64,000 bases of DNA, from positions 41,973 to 105,972 of the IMG/VR virus record IMGVR_UViG_3300032053_000017; one strand, given 5' to 3'. Shown here piece after piece: positions 47,101 through 55,905 of this stretch. The notes beneath the pieces were generated by a model that saw only the letters and a program-made list of their open reading frames with translations, did not search any database and was not told the origin of the DNA. The DNA comes from a virus. The position numbers were made by a program, and so were the translations under genes. Positions within the stretch are counted from its first letter, which is position 1, and every line of letters starts with the position of its first letter.

Positions 47101-47811
47101 TTTGACCTTTGGGGCGCGCCAAACCGTAGCGAACAGAACAGAGGCCCGGGCCGACGTCAGATGGGACCGACGACCGAAGAGTTTGACACTCTCGACCAGG
47201 GTCAGCACCCGGCCTATGACTTCAGCAGGCCGACGCAACCTGAGGGTCTGACGAAGGACGCGGGCGCGCCGACCGCCGGGATGCCTGAGGCGGACGTTGC
47301 TGTAAACCGTGGGGTAGCGACCGACGAGGAGCCCGAGGATCCACTGGCTGTAGCAGCGTTCGGTATGGAGCCTGACGAGCCTAGACAGCCTGACCCTGAC
47401 TCAACGGCGGGGCACGTCGAGGAGAAGGACACGGGTGCACGGAACGATCGTTTTGTGCCAGACCCAAGCAGGGTAAGCAACTTGAACAAGGACCCTGCAA
47501 CGGATGAGCCGGTACACGTCAAGGGGGCTGGAGCGGGCAGACGTGACCAGTTCAGTGATCAGGGGCCGCCCGGTGTAGTAAACCACCGCCAGCCAATCCA
47601 AGAGCGGGAGTATGACAATAGAGGAGCATTGGTGCCCCAACTCAATATGGGGGTTGAGGATGCCAAGGCCCTGTTCAAACTGCACGCATCGTTGTGGTCG
47701 CGGTATGTCAGCGACAAGCACTTCGGCCTCGCTGTTGTAGAGCTGGACGACGATGGCGAGCCTGTCCAGATCGTTGATGTCGCGCGGAGGCAGAAACGCC
47801 GTGATAAGTAA
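44179..47811 (+). CDS. Prohead protease (HK97-type) with ~1000-aa extension including a DUF5661-like domain
   Basis: VAGYAS..IDRE..HSNIQVG..GLFVV..GKLSAFSISG..EITICEQGVN; GLGVEWEH..LDHLKEDEQYYTKL. Confidence 0.85.
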   Translation: MKISKSVEQDWSSVLQDAVPQGVAAEYGRIQILYKQGGLEEDYELVVAGYASPQIIDREKHLITKEAMQNDLPRFLAHPHYRNAMIVHSNIQVGEVLPRWTNPKTNEEFETKVDDIGLFVVVKLRTDKYRPEICEKVEKDIQAGKLSAFSISGDAPFDSRRHVCHNGTCFWIIDKIIFYEITICEQGVNQDAKFAILSKMAHCTDGVCELPLPSYVTTGAIQNALDKHMEPGMKPHQHGPATHQPFSEPAEGETLQPEPERWPKRGARPRDVFGLPKRGYGREIGKAGGGGAITPETPMQDTEAGKDPTKPDIGEKAGGAATGHGSIPTGSTEQKGEVTVAEDFAQRMWQGMGRPYSFDQFKVGLGVEWEHADILGGDWMKVAAVVLDHLKEDEQYYTKLAQVEKGHGVLGRAVVKTVARKSGFAGGGNTADVGSGWAEEVHDVDTAGKPGGMQTDRTFDEAEEEKREPYEAPGLVGSPTSGPLETKCKHGIVKGGQTWGPPDFEWAGQEDDEKAEKHATNDTHKHGSDGVLPTIPQIKRPKPVKQAGVTYKAAIDPSKTTQFSPQYARDDAAGGEESEEYYLNKGELSPDLMTGRESDRFYQRCPLCATQSIIERALDNRTLYSRMSGEFRGVLRHCLMVLQQGTGGLDYIPGKGWLALADDHAYTGYMRSGYGVPLALAVATIGVSAFDIGDAALVRAATETANRLLDQHPLSKGEYEQLLARVTGWMGKNLGLVIARAKTLSKGYSVGWLGDAQRTLQSVQGSLANVDRKALSDDLNVALGSISDDVEHLVAALGLTEQMKGQVKGVEPAALDVVREVAKDTEHDVDAANEALEAIDPERIEQRGDSEKNELDNPDQTIHPDEVAVMTGAPPGVPTGNANASVIHRGMDTMVERLLGWLPPENTLRQLYSRIFGQEEPIEGPDDIETLIIEWGRANPMPDVGTEQITEDTVPLAKAMMPPGLGTTSKTDENFDLWGAPNRSEQNRGPGRRQMGPTTEEFDTLDQGQHPAYDFSRPTQPEGLTKDAGAPTAGMPEADVAVNRGVATDEEPEDPLAVAAFGMEPDEPRQPDPDSTAGHVEEKDTGARNDRFVPDPSRVSNLNKDPATDEPVHVKGAGAGRRDQFSDQGPPGVVNHRQPIQEREYDNRGALVPQLNMGVEDAKALFKLHASLWSRYVSDKHFGLAVVELDDDGEPVQIVDVARRQKRRDK

Positions 47812-48472
47812 ACCGACCAAGAGTGAACGCAGGGAGCAGCGGCGCAAGACTGCCCGCAAGATGGGCGTGAGCGGAAGCGGCGTTAAGCGCGTATACCCAG
47901 ACGCTGTACAGAAGCGCGCTAAGGAGACGAAGGAGTAGCCATGATAATTCAGCAGAGGTCAGTGATGACGTGGGATGAGCTACGCACTCAGCTGGAGCTA
48001 CTCTTGATCGAGGACGTACACGCAGATGCGTACGGTCAACCGAACACAAGTGAGCTACGCAAGGCTACACGACACTCCACAGATATCATGCAACTGTTTG
48101 AAACGTACCTCGCAGGAAGGAGAAGTTAGTTTGAACGACACAACGGTACCGGTCAAGCTGACAGAGCAGGATGCGTGGGCGATCCAAAGCTCGGTCAAGC
48201 ATGACATGACCGTTCGACTTGATAGTAAGGAGGGGCGGGCTGCAGGACTGACGCTCCGGGAGAAGGTAAACAGTCTTATCGTCGAGTACGCTGAAAAACG
48301 AAATGGCGACCCGCGCCCGGAGGGCGTGGACATCGCGCTGACAGCCGAGGAGCTCTGGTTGATCGACAAGCAGCTACTTCTCACATATGCTGGGGCGCGT
48401 GAATTGTTGGTTCGCGTCTTTAAGGCCCTCATCAAGCTTGAGACAGCCTCGTTGTGGGACGGGGAAAGTTGA
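47801..48472 (+). CDS. Three small hypothetical ORFs (47801-47938 basic, 47941-48129, 48131-48472)
   Basis: Coupled ORFs. Confidence 0.5.
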
Positions 48473-48473
48473 T

Positions 48474-49094
48474 ATGCTCGGCAAGGGAATTTGCGGGTCT
48501 ACCCACGCCTGGTGCAAACTGTGTAGACCAGATGTTGTTAAGAAACTGAGCATAATTTTGACAAATAAGACGAAGTCGCCAGAACATACGTCAGCAAATA
48601 GGGTAGCTCAGTTAAAGTGTTATAGCAACCCGGCACGACGTGCTGTTCATAGCGCATCTATGGCTCGATGGTGGGCTAATGTGACGCCAGAAAAGCGCAG
48701 GAATAGACTGACTTCTGCCCAACATGCCGCTCGACATACCGCTGGCCCGTCGGGCATCGAATGCATTCTCCGCGAACTGCTGCTGCCCGTCCTGCTGCCA
48801 GGTCGCCGCATCGTGGCGGAGCACCCCTGGCACGGCTACTCCATGGACGCCTTCGTGCCCGCGCTGAACCTCTGCATCGAGGCCGACGGCTGGCGGCACC
48901 GCAAGGACCCGCGGACCCGGCGGATCGATCGTCGCAGAAATAGGCAGATGCGGGCTGCGGGCCTAAGTGTCGTGCGATTTTGGGACCGAGAGCTGGAGGC
49001 CTATGCCGTAGGGCAGGACCTTGGCCAACGCTTTTGGAAAAAGATTGACCGGGTCATAAGTCTGGAAGAGGTTTCAACCGCCTCTGTTGCGTGA
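48474..49094 (+). CDS. Vsr/DUF559-type putative homing endonuclease 3
   Basis: KSPEH; GIECILRELLLP..MDAFVPALNLCIEADGWRH..GLSVVRF. Confidence 0.8.
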   Translation: MLGKGICGSTHAWCKLCRPDVVKKLSIILTNKTKSPEHTSANRVAQLKCYSNPARRAVHSASMARWWANVTPEKRRNRLTSAQHAARHTAGPSGIECILRELLLPVLLPGRRIVAEHPWHGYSMDAFVPALNLCIEADGWRHRKDPRTRRIDRRRNRQMRAAGLSVVRFWDRELEAYAVGQDLGQRFWKKIDRVISLEEVSTASVA

Positions 49095-49102
49095 TATAGT
49101 AG
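49069..49102 (+). promoter_or_regulatory. Phage promoter motif copy 5 (AGGTTTC-N19-TATAGT-AG)
   Basis: Exact motif and spacing ahead of the structural/lysis operon. Confidence 0.75.
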
Positions 49103-49141
49103 CATCAGGAGTCCGGGCCCATGCGGCCCACGGGAGGTAAC

Positions 49142-49453
49142 ATGAGCGAAAAGGAGCAGATCGACTACTGCATCCTGTGTGACGGCGTGCAGGGGCCGGA
49201 CCACGTGCACATCTGTGCCAACTGCGGCGTAAAGGTCGAACTGGCACAGCTGCTGTCGTTTGGCAACGATGCAGAGCCCAGACGGATATACTGCAGCCTC
49301 TTTTGTCACATCACGGCGGAGCCTGACGGCGCGTACGCGCAGGGAATGACGGCAGAGGCCAAGAACAGGATGATGCGACGCGAGGAGCTGAATTTCAAGA
49401 TGCGTGAGCTGAAGCGCCAGTGCATCGAGGAGGGCGTACCGTGGATCCACTAA
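49142..49453 (+). CDS. Cys-rich hypothetical protein
   Basis: SD GGAGG; three CxxC-like pairs. Confidence 0.5.
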   Translation: MSEKEQIDYCILCDGVQGPDHVHICANCGVKVELAQLLSFGNDAEPRRIYCSLFCHITAEPDGAYAQGMTAEAKNRMMRREELNFKMRELKRQCIEEGVPWIH

Positions 49454-50010
49454 ACGAGGGAATCGGCGCAACTGAGGAGCTGGGTCTTGCTACCCGCGTG
49501 CACGATCAGATAGGCTGGAGCACGCACTGGAAGCTCGAGAAGCGTGAGGGTGACGGTGCGACATACCCAGGCGGCATCGAGGCCTTTAAGCGGGATGTTA
49601 AGCCCTACGAGGTACTCGAGTTCGATGGCAACTTGCTGGTGAACATGGGCGGCCACGCCATGTGGGACATCCTGACGGCGACGGGTCCAGTGCACGCCTG
49701 TTTCACCAATGCGCTTGCAAACCTGGGTGTCGGTGACTCGGCTGCGGCTGAGGCGGTCGGCCAGGTTGACCTGCAGGCGGGCCCCAACAAGCTCCGGAAG
49801 GCCATGAACGGCGGTTACCCGACGTATACCAACATGGTCGTCACCTTCCAGTCCGACTTCACGGGCGCGGAGGCCACGTGGACCTGGGCTGAGGTCGGAA
49901 CGTTCAACGCTGCCGCTGCGGGCGACATGCTGAACCGCAAGGTATCGGCGCTCGGTGTTAAGGGCGCTGGCGCGACCTGGACGCTGACCGAGACCATCAC
50001 TCTGTCGTAA
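49441..50010 (+). CDS. Virion structural protein (tail-collar/baseplate-like)
   Basis: NLLVN..LGVGD..EVGTFNAAAAGDMLNRKV..WTLTETITLS. Confidence 0.65.
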   Translation: MDPLNEGIGATEELGLATRVHDQIGWSTHWKLEKREGDGATYPGGIEAFKRDVKPYEVLEFDGNLLVNMGGHAMWDILTATGPVHACFTNALANLGVGDSAAAEAVGQVDLQAGPNKLRKAMNGGYPTYTNMVVTFQSDFTGAEATWTWAEVGTFNAAAAGDMLNRKVSALGVKGAGATWTLTETITLS

Positions 50011-50078
50011 GAAACGCCGGCTGGTACGACTCGGGGTCACCCGGGCACGACCGGCCTATCGGCGGTTAGGAGGAGCCT

Positions 50079-51326
50079 GTGACGACAGCCTTTAAGGCGG
50101 TCAAGGACAGAGCCTTCAGCACTGTCGCGGCTGGATTGAACAACGTCACTGACCCGGTTGCATTCACTGTAGCCGCTGGCGAGGGGACGCGTTTTCCTGA
50201 TCCTGCCGCAGACGGTGAGTTCAAGGTCACTATCGGCACTGAGATCGTACTTTGCACGGTCCGCGCTGTCGATACTCTGACCGTTTCGCGGGGACAGGAC
50301 GGTACGACGCCTGCGGTGCATGCCAACGGCAGCGGCGTAGAGCTGCGAGTCATCGCGTCGTTGTTTGACGACCTCTACACGGCCATCAACGCGGTTGAGG
50401 CTGGCTTTGTAAAGATGCCGGGCACACTAGCAAATGCCCTGCTGCGTATGAGCGGCGTCTATGTTGATGGCGACGAGTTTACCATCGGCACAGACATCTT
50501 CAGGATCGACCCGATCGCCACCGACTCGACAGATGATACGGGAGGCGGCCTCTGGAACAATGTCACCGACCCATTGACGGTCGCAATGGCGGCGGCCCAA
50601 TATCCTGTCATCGGAGTAGGTGGCACAGGCCCGCTGAAACTCGGCGAGCTGGTCTACATCAACACCGAGTACCTGCGGGTCACCGTCATAGCTGGTAACA
50701 ACGTGACCTTCAGACGCGGCGCGGGTGGCTCGGCTATCGGGGCTCACGCCAACGGCGTGCATATTATGGTCAGCGCGGCGCGGCCGATCACGCACATCCC
50801 GATAGGCGTACAGGCTGACTTCTCTATCGCAACTGTGACTCCGATCTTTGCCTCTTCGATCAACGAGCCAGCGGGCGCTGCAGGACAGTCGGCAGACGTG
50901 ACGGCGATGAGTCTTGAAGCCGGCGTCGTCATGCTGGTTGTGGCTGAGATAGCGGGTATCATGGTGCTCGCGACAACCCAGGTATCGACCAACGGACTGT
51001 GGGACAATGCGATAATGCGGCGCGGCGCGGCGGCTGTCATGAAGCAGGTTTACAGGACCACAGTTGTGCCTGACACCGAAGAGGTTACAGCGGAGAAGAT
51101 CTATATACCGCTACCATTCGCCCCCTCAACCGTACTCGTGCGCGTACTCGTAACAGCAGACGGTAAGGAGCTGGAGACAGCGGCCGCAAACGCTGTACAG
51201 AAGTGGGATGGGGCAACCCAGATTATAGCAGCGGCAGCGCCTGCGCCAGACTACGTGCTGTTGACAGCGGGCACGACTGTCAAATGGACAGGGGCCCACT
51301 CGTTGCACATACTAGCGCTGGAATAG
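50079..51326 (+). CDS. Virion structural/fibre protein
   Basis: EIV..TLTVSRGQDGT..HANGS repeat domain x2. Confidence 0.6.
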   Translation: MTTAFKAVKDRAFSTVAAGLNNVTDPVAFTVAAGEGTRFPDPAADGEFKVTIGTEIVLCTVRAVDTLTVSRGQDGTTPAVHANGSGVELRVIASLFDDLYTAINAVEAGFVKMPGTLANALLRMSGVYVDGDEFTIGTDIFRIDPIATDSTDDTGGGLWNNVTDPLTVAMAAAQYPVIGVGGTGPLKLGELVYINTEYLRVTVIAGNNVTFRRGAGGSAIGAHANGVHIMVSAARPITHIPIGVQADFSIATVTPIFASSINEPAGAAGQSADVTAMSLEAGVVMLVVAEIAGIMVLATTQVSTNGLWDNAIMRRGAAAVMKQVYRTTVVPDTEEVTAEKIYIPLPFAPSTVLVRVLVTADGKELETAAANAVQKWDGATQIIAAAAPAPDYVLLTAGTTVKWTGAHSLHILALE

Positions 51327-51338
51327 CAGGAGCTCGTC

Positions 51339-53363
51339 ATGTGGTCCTCTCAGATACTCCTCGACGAGGAAGAATTTGACAGTGTAGCCGCGGTGGTCCC
51401 TATAACCGTGGCTGATACCGTCTTGTTCACTGAGACACTCAGCCCATTTTGGAACGTTTTTCGATGGACACGGCTCGGCATCTCGAGCCTGTCTAACCCA
51501 CTTGGCTACCCCGGCGGGATCCCGATCATCGTCAAGAACGAGCCTGGTGCCGCGGGGATCTTTGTCGCCTACCAGGCCGGCAGTAAGGGCGCTGGAGGAC
51601 TGGTCTACCAGCAGAGCGATGACCGCGCTGTAACCTGGCTCGGCGAAGTGGTGATTGACGCTGACATCGACAAGCGAGCTGCAGCAGTCATAAACCCCGT
51701 CACGTACGACATCCACCTGATCTACTTCCAGATCGGCGAGCCGACGCTGACCACGGCCTCGAACGTCTGGTACCGTGTTCTAGCGTGGAGCGGCGGCGTG
51801 TGGACTATCGGGGTCGAGAAGCAGATCATACTCGCTAGCACTACACACGGCTATGCCAACGCATCGCTGGAGGTCAGGGCCGGCTATCTGATGGCCCTGC
51901 TTTACGACAGGACGTCAACCACCGTACGAAACTTGTACTCCGCCAAGGCCGTCGGTACGTGGGATCTAGCTACCAGCGTCAACCTGGACATCGAGCAGAT
52001 TATGACGCCTAGCGCCGTGGTCCACGTTGATCTGACGCGGGATGACGTAAATGACGAGTGGTACATCACCACCGAGCAGGGTGGTACGTTCACCATCTGG
52101 AGCATATCAGAGACGCTGCGACCGCCGGGTGAGATAACCCCAGTCAACCTCGCGACGTGGTACGCGGCGACTACTGAGCAGCTCGACACGGTATATAGCC
52201 CATCGACTCTTACCGTCGGCATCGTTCAGGAGAATGGCGGTGTGCTGCAGTTCCGGACGTTTGACCCGTTGACAAGCCTGGTAAGCGCGCCCACAATCAT
52301 TGAGGCAAGCGGCGCGTTCTGGCCCTGTATCGCGGTCGACTCAGCTGGACGGTTCATCATAGCGTATATGAAGACCATGTCGGGCGATAAGCGCAGTCTG
52401 GTGGTCGTGCGTTCGGACGACTGGACAGCGAAGCACGCGATCGCAACAGATAGCGCGGCTGAAGAGTGGGGTGGAACCCACATGGCGCGGATCCACGCCG
52501 GTGTCGACGGACTGGTTATCGCGTGGTGCGACACCGCGGATAATGACGCTGACACCAACTACCGGGTGTTCTGCGGGGTCCTCGATCAGCAGGTGTTTAA
52601 GAATGTGGCGGACACGATTCTTGCGACTGAGTTTATACGCACCTTGCACTCGGCCGCGGATGTAATCGCATTCACTGAGGCGCTGCACGCGTCAGAGCCG
52701 AAGAGCGTAGCTGACACGATCCACGCTACAGAGGCTTTGGCAACATGGATAAGAGTGGCGGATACGATCCACGCTACCGAGTATAACACGATCAACTATC
52801 ATGTCGCAGACGCGATCCTATTTACAGATGTGTTTCGGCTCAACATCCCCGTTGCTGACACCGGCGTCGTGACCGAGGCTGTTAGCTGGGCGGCACAGAT
52901 AACTGTCGGCGATACGATCGCCGCCACCGACGCGGTACAGCGGGTGGCTATGGCTGTAGCAGAAGTGATATCAGCCGATGATGCACTAGGCGCGATAGCC
53001 ATAGCGCTTGCGGATGCGATCGCGGCTGGGGACGCGCTTGTCGTCAATATCAACATCGCCGAAACCGCTGCTGCCGCAGATCAATTGACCATTGGTCAGG
53101 CAGTCGCGGAGGGTGTTGCTGCAACAGAGATCATCAACATGATCTACCGGGTTGCTGATAGTATACTGGCAACCGAAGGGCTAACAGCGGGCGCGCTGGC
53201 GGTCGAGCAGATCTCCGCGACAGATGCGATCTTGCAACTTTCGATCCATGCTGACGACACTGTGACCGCAGTTGAGGGTTTTACTAAGGCGACCGATATT
53301 CGTATCAGCGTACGGCTTCACCTGAGCAAGGGTGTCGCGCGTCTACGCATGGAAGGATGGTAG
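51339..53363 (+). CDS. Tail fibre/spike: propeller-like N-part plus VADxIxATE repeats
   Basis: SxDxxxTW Asp-box-like motif; many VAD(T/A)IxATE units. Confidence 0.6.
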   Translation: MWSSQILLDEEEFDSVAAVVPITVADTVLFTETLSPFWNVFRWTRLGISSLSNPLGYPGGIPIIVKNEPGAAGIFVAYQAGSKGAGGLVYQQSDDRAVTWLGEVVIDADIDKRAAAVINPVTYDIHLIYFQIGEPTLTTASNVWYRVLAWSGGVWTIGVEKQIILASTTHGYANASLEVRAGYLMALLYDRTSTTVRNLYSAKAVGTWDLATSVNLDIEQIMTPSAVVHVDLTRDDVNDEWYITTEQGGTFTIWSISETLRPPGEITPVNLATWYAATTEQLDTVYSPSTLTVGIVQENGGVLQFRTFDPLTSLVSAPTIIEASGAFWPCIAVDSAGRFIIAYMKTMSGDKRSLVVVRSDDWTAKHAIATDSAAEEWGGTHMARIHAGVDGLVIAWCDTADNDADTNYRVFCGVLDQQVFKNVADTILATEFIRTLHSAADVIAFTEALHASEPKSVADTIHATEALATWIRVADTIHATEYNTINYHVADAILFTDVFRLNIPVADTGVVTEAVSWAAQITVGDTIAATDAVQRVAMAVAEVISADDALGAIAIALADAIAAGDALVVNINIAETAAAADQLTIGQAVAEGVAATEIINMIYRVADSILATEGLTAGALAVEQISATDAILQLSIHADDTVTAVEGFTKATDIRISVRLHLSKGVARLRMEGW

Positions 53364-53366
53364 AAG

Positions 53367-53582
53367 ATGAAGCTAAACATCTCATCGAAAAAGATGATAC
53401 TGGGCCTGGCTGGCCTGACAGTCATCCTTGGTGAGGCGATCCTGGACTCTATACTGGGCTTGCCACACGCAGACCTGCTGGTCAAAGCGACCGTGACGAT
53501 GGGCCTCGGCGGTGTTGGTACACAGGGCGCTATCGACCTGGTCAAGGAGTTTCTTAAAAATGTGGGCGGGCCTCAAAAGTAG
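53367..53582 (+). CDS. Putative holin
   Basis: 71 aa, two hydrophobic segments, upstream of the endolysin. Confidence 0.55.
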   Translation: MKLNISSKKMILGLAGLTVILGEAILDSILGLPHADLLVKATVTMGLGGVGTQGAIDLVKEFLKNVGGPQK

Positions 53583-53775
53583 ACTACTCCGCCGGCTAGG
53601 CCGGGACGCTGCTGAGTATACAGAGTCAACGGTCGGTAAGATCGTGATCACGTGTGACGGGTGTGGCAAGCCGGTAGATTCTGTTATGAGATCTACGAAG
53701 AAACCAGATAAGTGGCTCTGCAACCCATGCATAATCAAGGAGCTGGCTGAATACTGGGATCCATAGAGGAACAAA

Positions 53776-54543
53776 GTGCCAGGAGATGACGTAGTAGACC
53801 TCAGCGGCTGGGGTGGCGAGCTCAGCGTTGATATCGTCCGCTGCTGGGCCAGGCAGGGGAAGCGGAAAGCCATCGTCGGCGTCGGGCCGGACGTCGCGCT
53901 GGCGCGCAGGCAGATGCTGGCGGTGCTCGCTGGTGGCCTGCTTCTGGAGGTATACGTCTACCCATACTACGAGATGGACCCAACGAGGTATCTCGACCGC
54001 GTGGATGCGGCGACAGCGGGACTGCCGGTCGGCTTCAGGTGGCTGGACTTCGAGGATACCGAGACGTTGCCGGGCGGGTACCTGTGGCAGCAACTCGTGG
54101 TTCTGTGGATCCACCAGTGCATGAATGAGGCGGCCACCCGTTGGGGCGCTGAGAGCATCGGTCTATACACTGGGGCGTGGTGGTGGCAGCAGTATACAGC
54201 CGACAGCACAGAAGGCGCCAGTTGGCCGCTGTGGGCTGCAGACTACGACTATGAAGCCAACGCGTTGTTTACCCCGTTTGGAGGCTGGACGCGGTGCCGC
54301 ATCAAGCAGTACAGTGGGACCACCGAGCTGTGCAAGTTCTCGGTGGACCTGGATTTCGAGGAGGGTCGTGAGATGGACGCGGAGACAGAGAAGCAACTGA
54401 AGCGTAGCATGGCTTACCAGCGGTGGGGCGCGATGGTCATGACTGGGGACGACACACAGATCGAGCAGGCACTGCGTGAACTGGTATATGTCAGACTGCT
54501 CGCGGGTCTGCCTGCGGTACCGCCTGTGCCGGAGGAGAAGTAG
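53776..54543 (+). CDS. GH25 muramidase endolysin
   Basis: VDLSGW..WLDFED..GLYTGAWWW..LWAADY..FGGW..KQYSG..VDLD. Confidence 0.85.
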   Translation: MPGDDVVDLSGWGGELSVDIVRCWARQGKRKAIVGVGPDVALARRQMLAVLAGGLLLEVYVYPYYEMDPTRYLDRVDAATAGLPVGFRWLDFEDTETLPGGYLWQQLVVLWIHQCMNEAATRWGAESIGLYTGAWWWQQYTADSTEGASWPLWAADYDYEANALFTPFGGWTRCRIKQYSGTTELCKFSVDLDFEEGREMDAETEKQLKRSMAYQRWGAMVMTGDDTQIEQALRELVYVRLLAGLPAVPPVPEEK

Positions 54544-54545
54544 TC

Positions 54546-54836
54546 ATGAACCCCGCGATCAATCCGATGACGGGCTTGCCGTATCCAGAGTACACCGAGC
54601 CGTGGCCCACTACGCCAGGCTGGCCATACACGCCGACATTTCCGCCGTACTACCCACCGATACCGGTGTTTCCGCAGGCGCAGCTTTGTCCTGTGTGCAT
54701 GGGTTCGGGTCGGTCGACATGTGGGACCTGCCATGGATGCGGCGGTAGAGGCTGGGTGGTTGTTGGGACAACGGGCTGTCCGCCTAATATCACGGTGACG
54801 TACTCGACTGGTGGGCCCCCGGGGCAGGAGGGTTAG
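54546..54836 (+). CDS. Pro-rich protein with DnaJ-type CxxCxGxG zinc finger
   Basis: CPVCMGSG..CHGCGGRG. Confidence 0.6.
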   Translation: MNPAINPMTGLPYPEYTEPWPTTPGWPYTPTFPPYYPPIPVFPQAQLCPVCMGSGRSTCGTCHGCGGRGWVVVGTTGCPPNITVTYSTGGPPGQEG

Positions 54837-54837
54837 C

Positions 54838-55527
54838 ATGGAGATCGTTGCGACACCGGTGGTCATCGGCCCGTTCTTCACCGGTAACACGAACCCAGAT
54901 GTGGAAGGGTTTCTTACGCATGACGCCGGCGGCTATGTAGACTTGACCGGGGCGTCCGCGCAATTCATTGTTCGACGTTGGAACCAGCTCAAGGAAGAGG
55001 CCTACGGTCCGGTTGTTACGGGCGGGCTCTGTAGCTTTGGCGCGACCGCAAATGGGGAGGTCATCTATAGTTGGACGACAGCTCCGTTGCCAGCCACCCC
55101 TGGCTGGTACTGCGGGCGGTTTATCATCACGTTCCCTGGTGCCAAGACTCAGGACAGCCAGGACTGCGTCTTCGAGGTTCAGGAGGGGTCGCCGACTGTC
55201 CTAGGGCCTACGGTGGTGGTCGTCGACCACGCGGACGCTTCGCCGAAGACACTTTTGGCCGCTGATGCGAACATCAATAGAGTGGTGATCGTGCAGGCTA
55301 CGGCGACTGAGGCGGCCGCTGGTGGGCCAGAGTTTGATGTGGGCTCGGAGACAACCGACACGAACGCTGTGTTTGATGACGTGGGCGCGGGGGTATGGGT
55401 GCTTGGCGCCAGTTATCTCGGCGTCTGTGTACTGCCCAAGACCGAGAAGCTCATCTGCACAATCATCGGTGCTGGGACTGCCGGAAAGATCTCGATGCGC
55501 TGCACCGCGCTACCGCCGCCGCCATAG
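54838..55527 (+). CDS. Virion protein: BppU-like N domain plus a C domain shared with ORF 63300
   Basis: VDLTGASAQF..GEVIYSW..PGWYCGRFIITF; ADAN.RVV.VQA.ATE..FDVG..VCV.PKT. Confidence 0.6.
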   Translation: MEIVATPVVIGPFFTGNTNPDVEGFLTHDAGGYVDLTGASAQFIVRRWNQLKEEAYGPVVTGGLCSFGATANGEVIYSWTTAPLPATPGWYCGRFIITFPGAKTQDSQDCVFEVQEGSPTVLGPTVVVVDHADASPKTLLAADANINRVVIVQATATEAAAGGPEFDVGSETTDTNAVFDDVGAGVWVLGASYLGVCVLPKTEKLICTIIGAGTAGKISMRCTALPPPP

Positions 55528-55559
55528 GTTTCAAAAGACCAGTGTTTGAGGTATACTAT
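55526..55559 (+). promoter_or_regulatory. Phage promoter motif copy 6 (AGGTTTC-N19-TATACT)
   Basis: Exact motif and spacing. Confidence 0.7.
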
Positions 55560-55564
55560 AGGTG

Positions 55565-55637
55565 AGCGGCCCGGGAGGCCAGATCTTCTCACCCTACACT
55601 ACTTAAAGGGAGATCTTGGACCTGCCTCTGGGCCGCT
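55565..55637 (+). ncRNA. 73-nt hairpin RNA / bidirectional terminator
   Basis: AGCGGCCC/GGGCCGCT and CCAGATCTTCTC/GGGGAGATCTTGG stems. Confidence 0.45.
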
Positions 55638-55905
55638 TTGTTATGTCTTAAGCGTATCAGCCGGCTTTTTGGGAACCCATACCGCACCCTCTTTAACCTG
55701 GACTCCGTGAGGGGCCGCCCGGATATTGGGCGCTACCGGAACCGAGACGCCGTCCGCATCTATGTAGAGACCGCCGGTCTTCATCTCGCGCCCCCCGCCC
55801 ACCATGTGAAAGCCGTCGGCGGGTTGAGATTCGGCGGTTCGGTGCGCGCGAATTCGCCCACCGTTATGGCGGCGATCGCAAACACCATCGCGATCAAGAA
55901 TCTTC

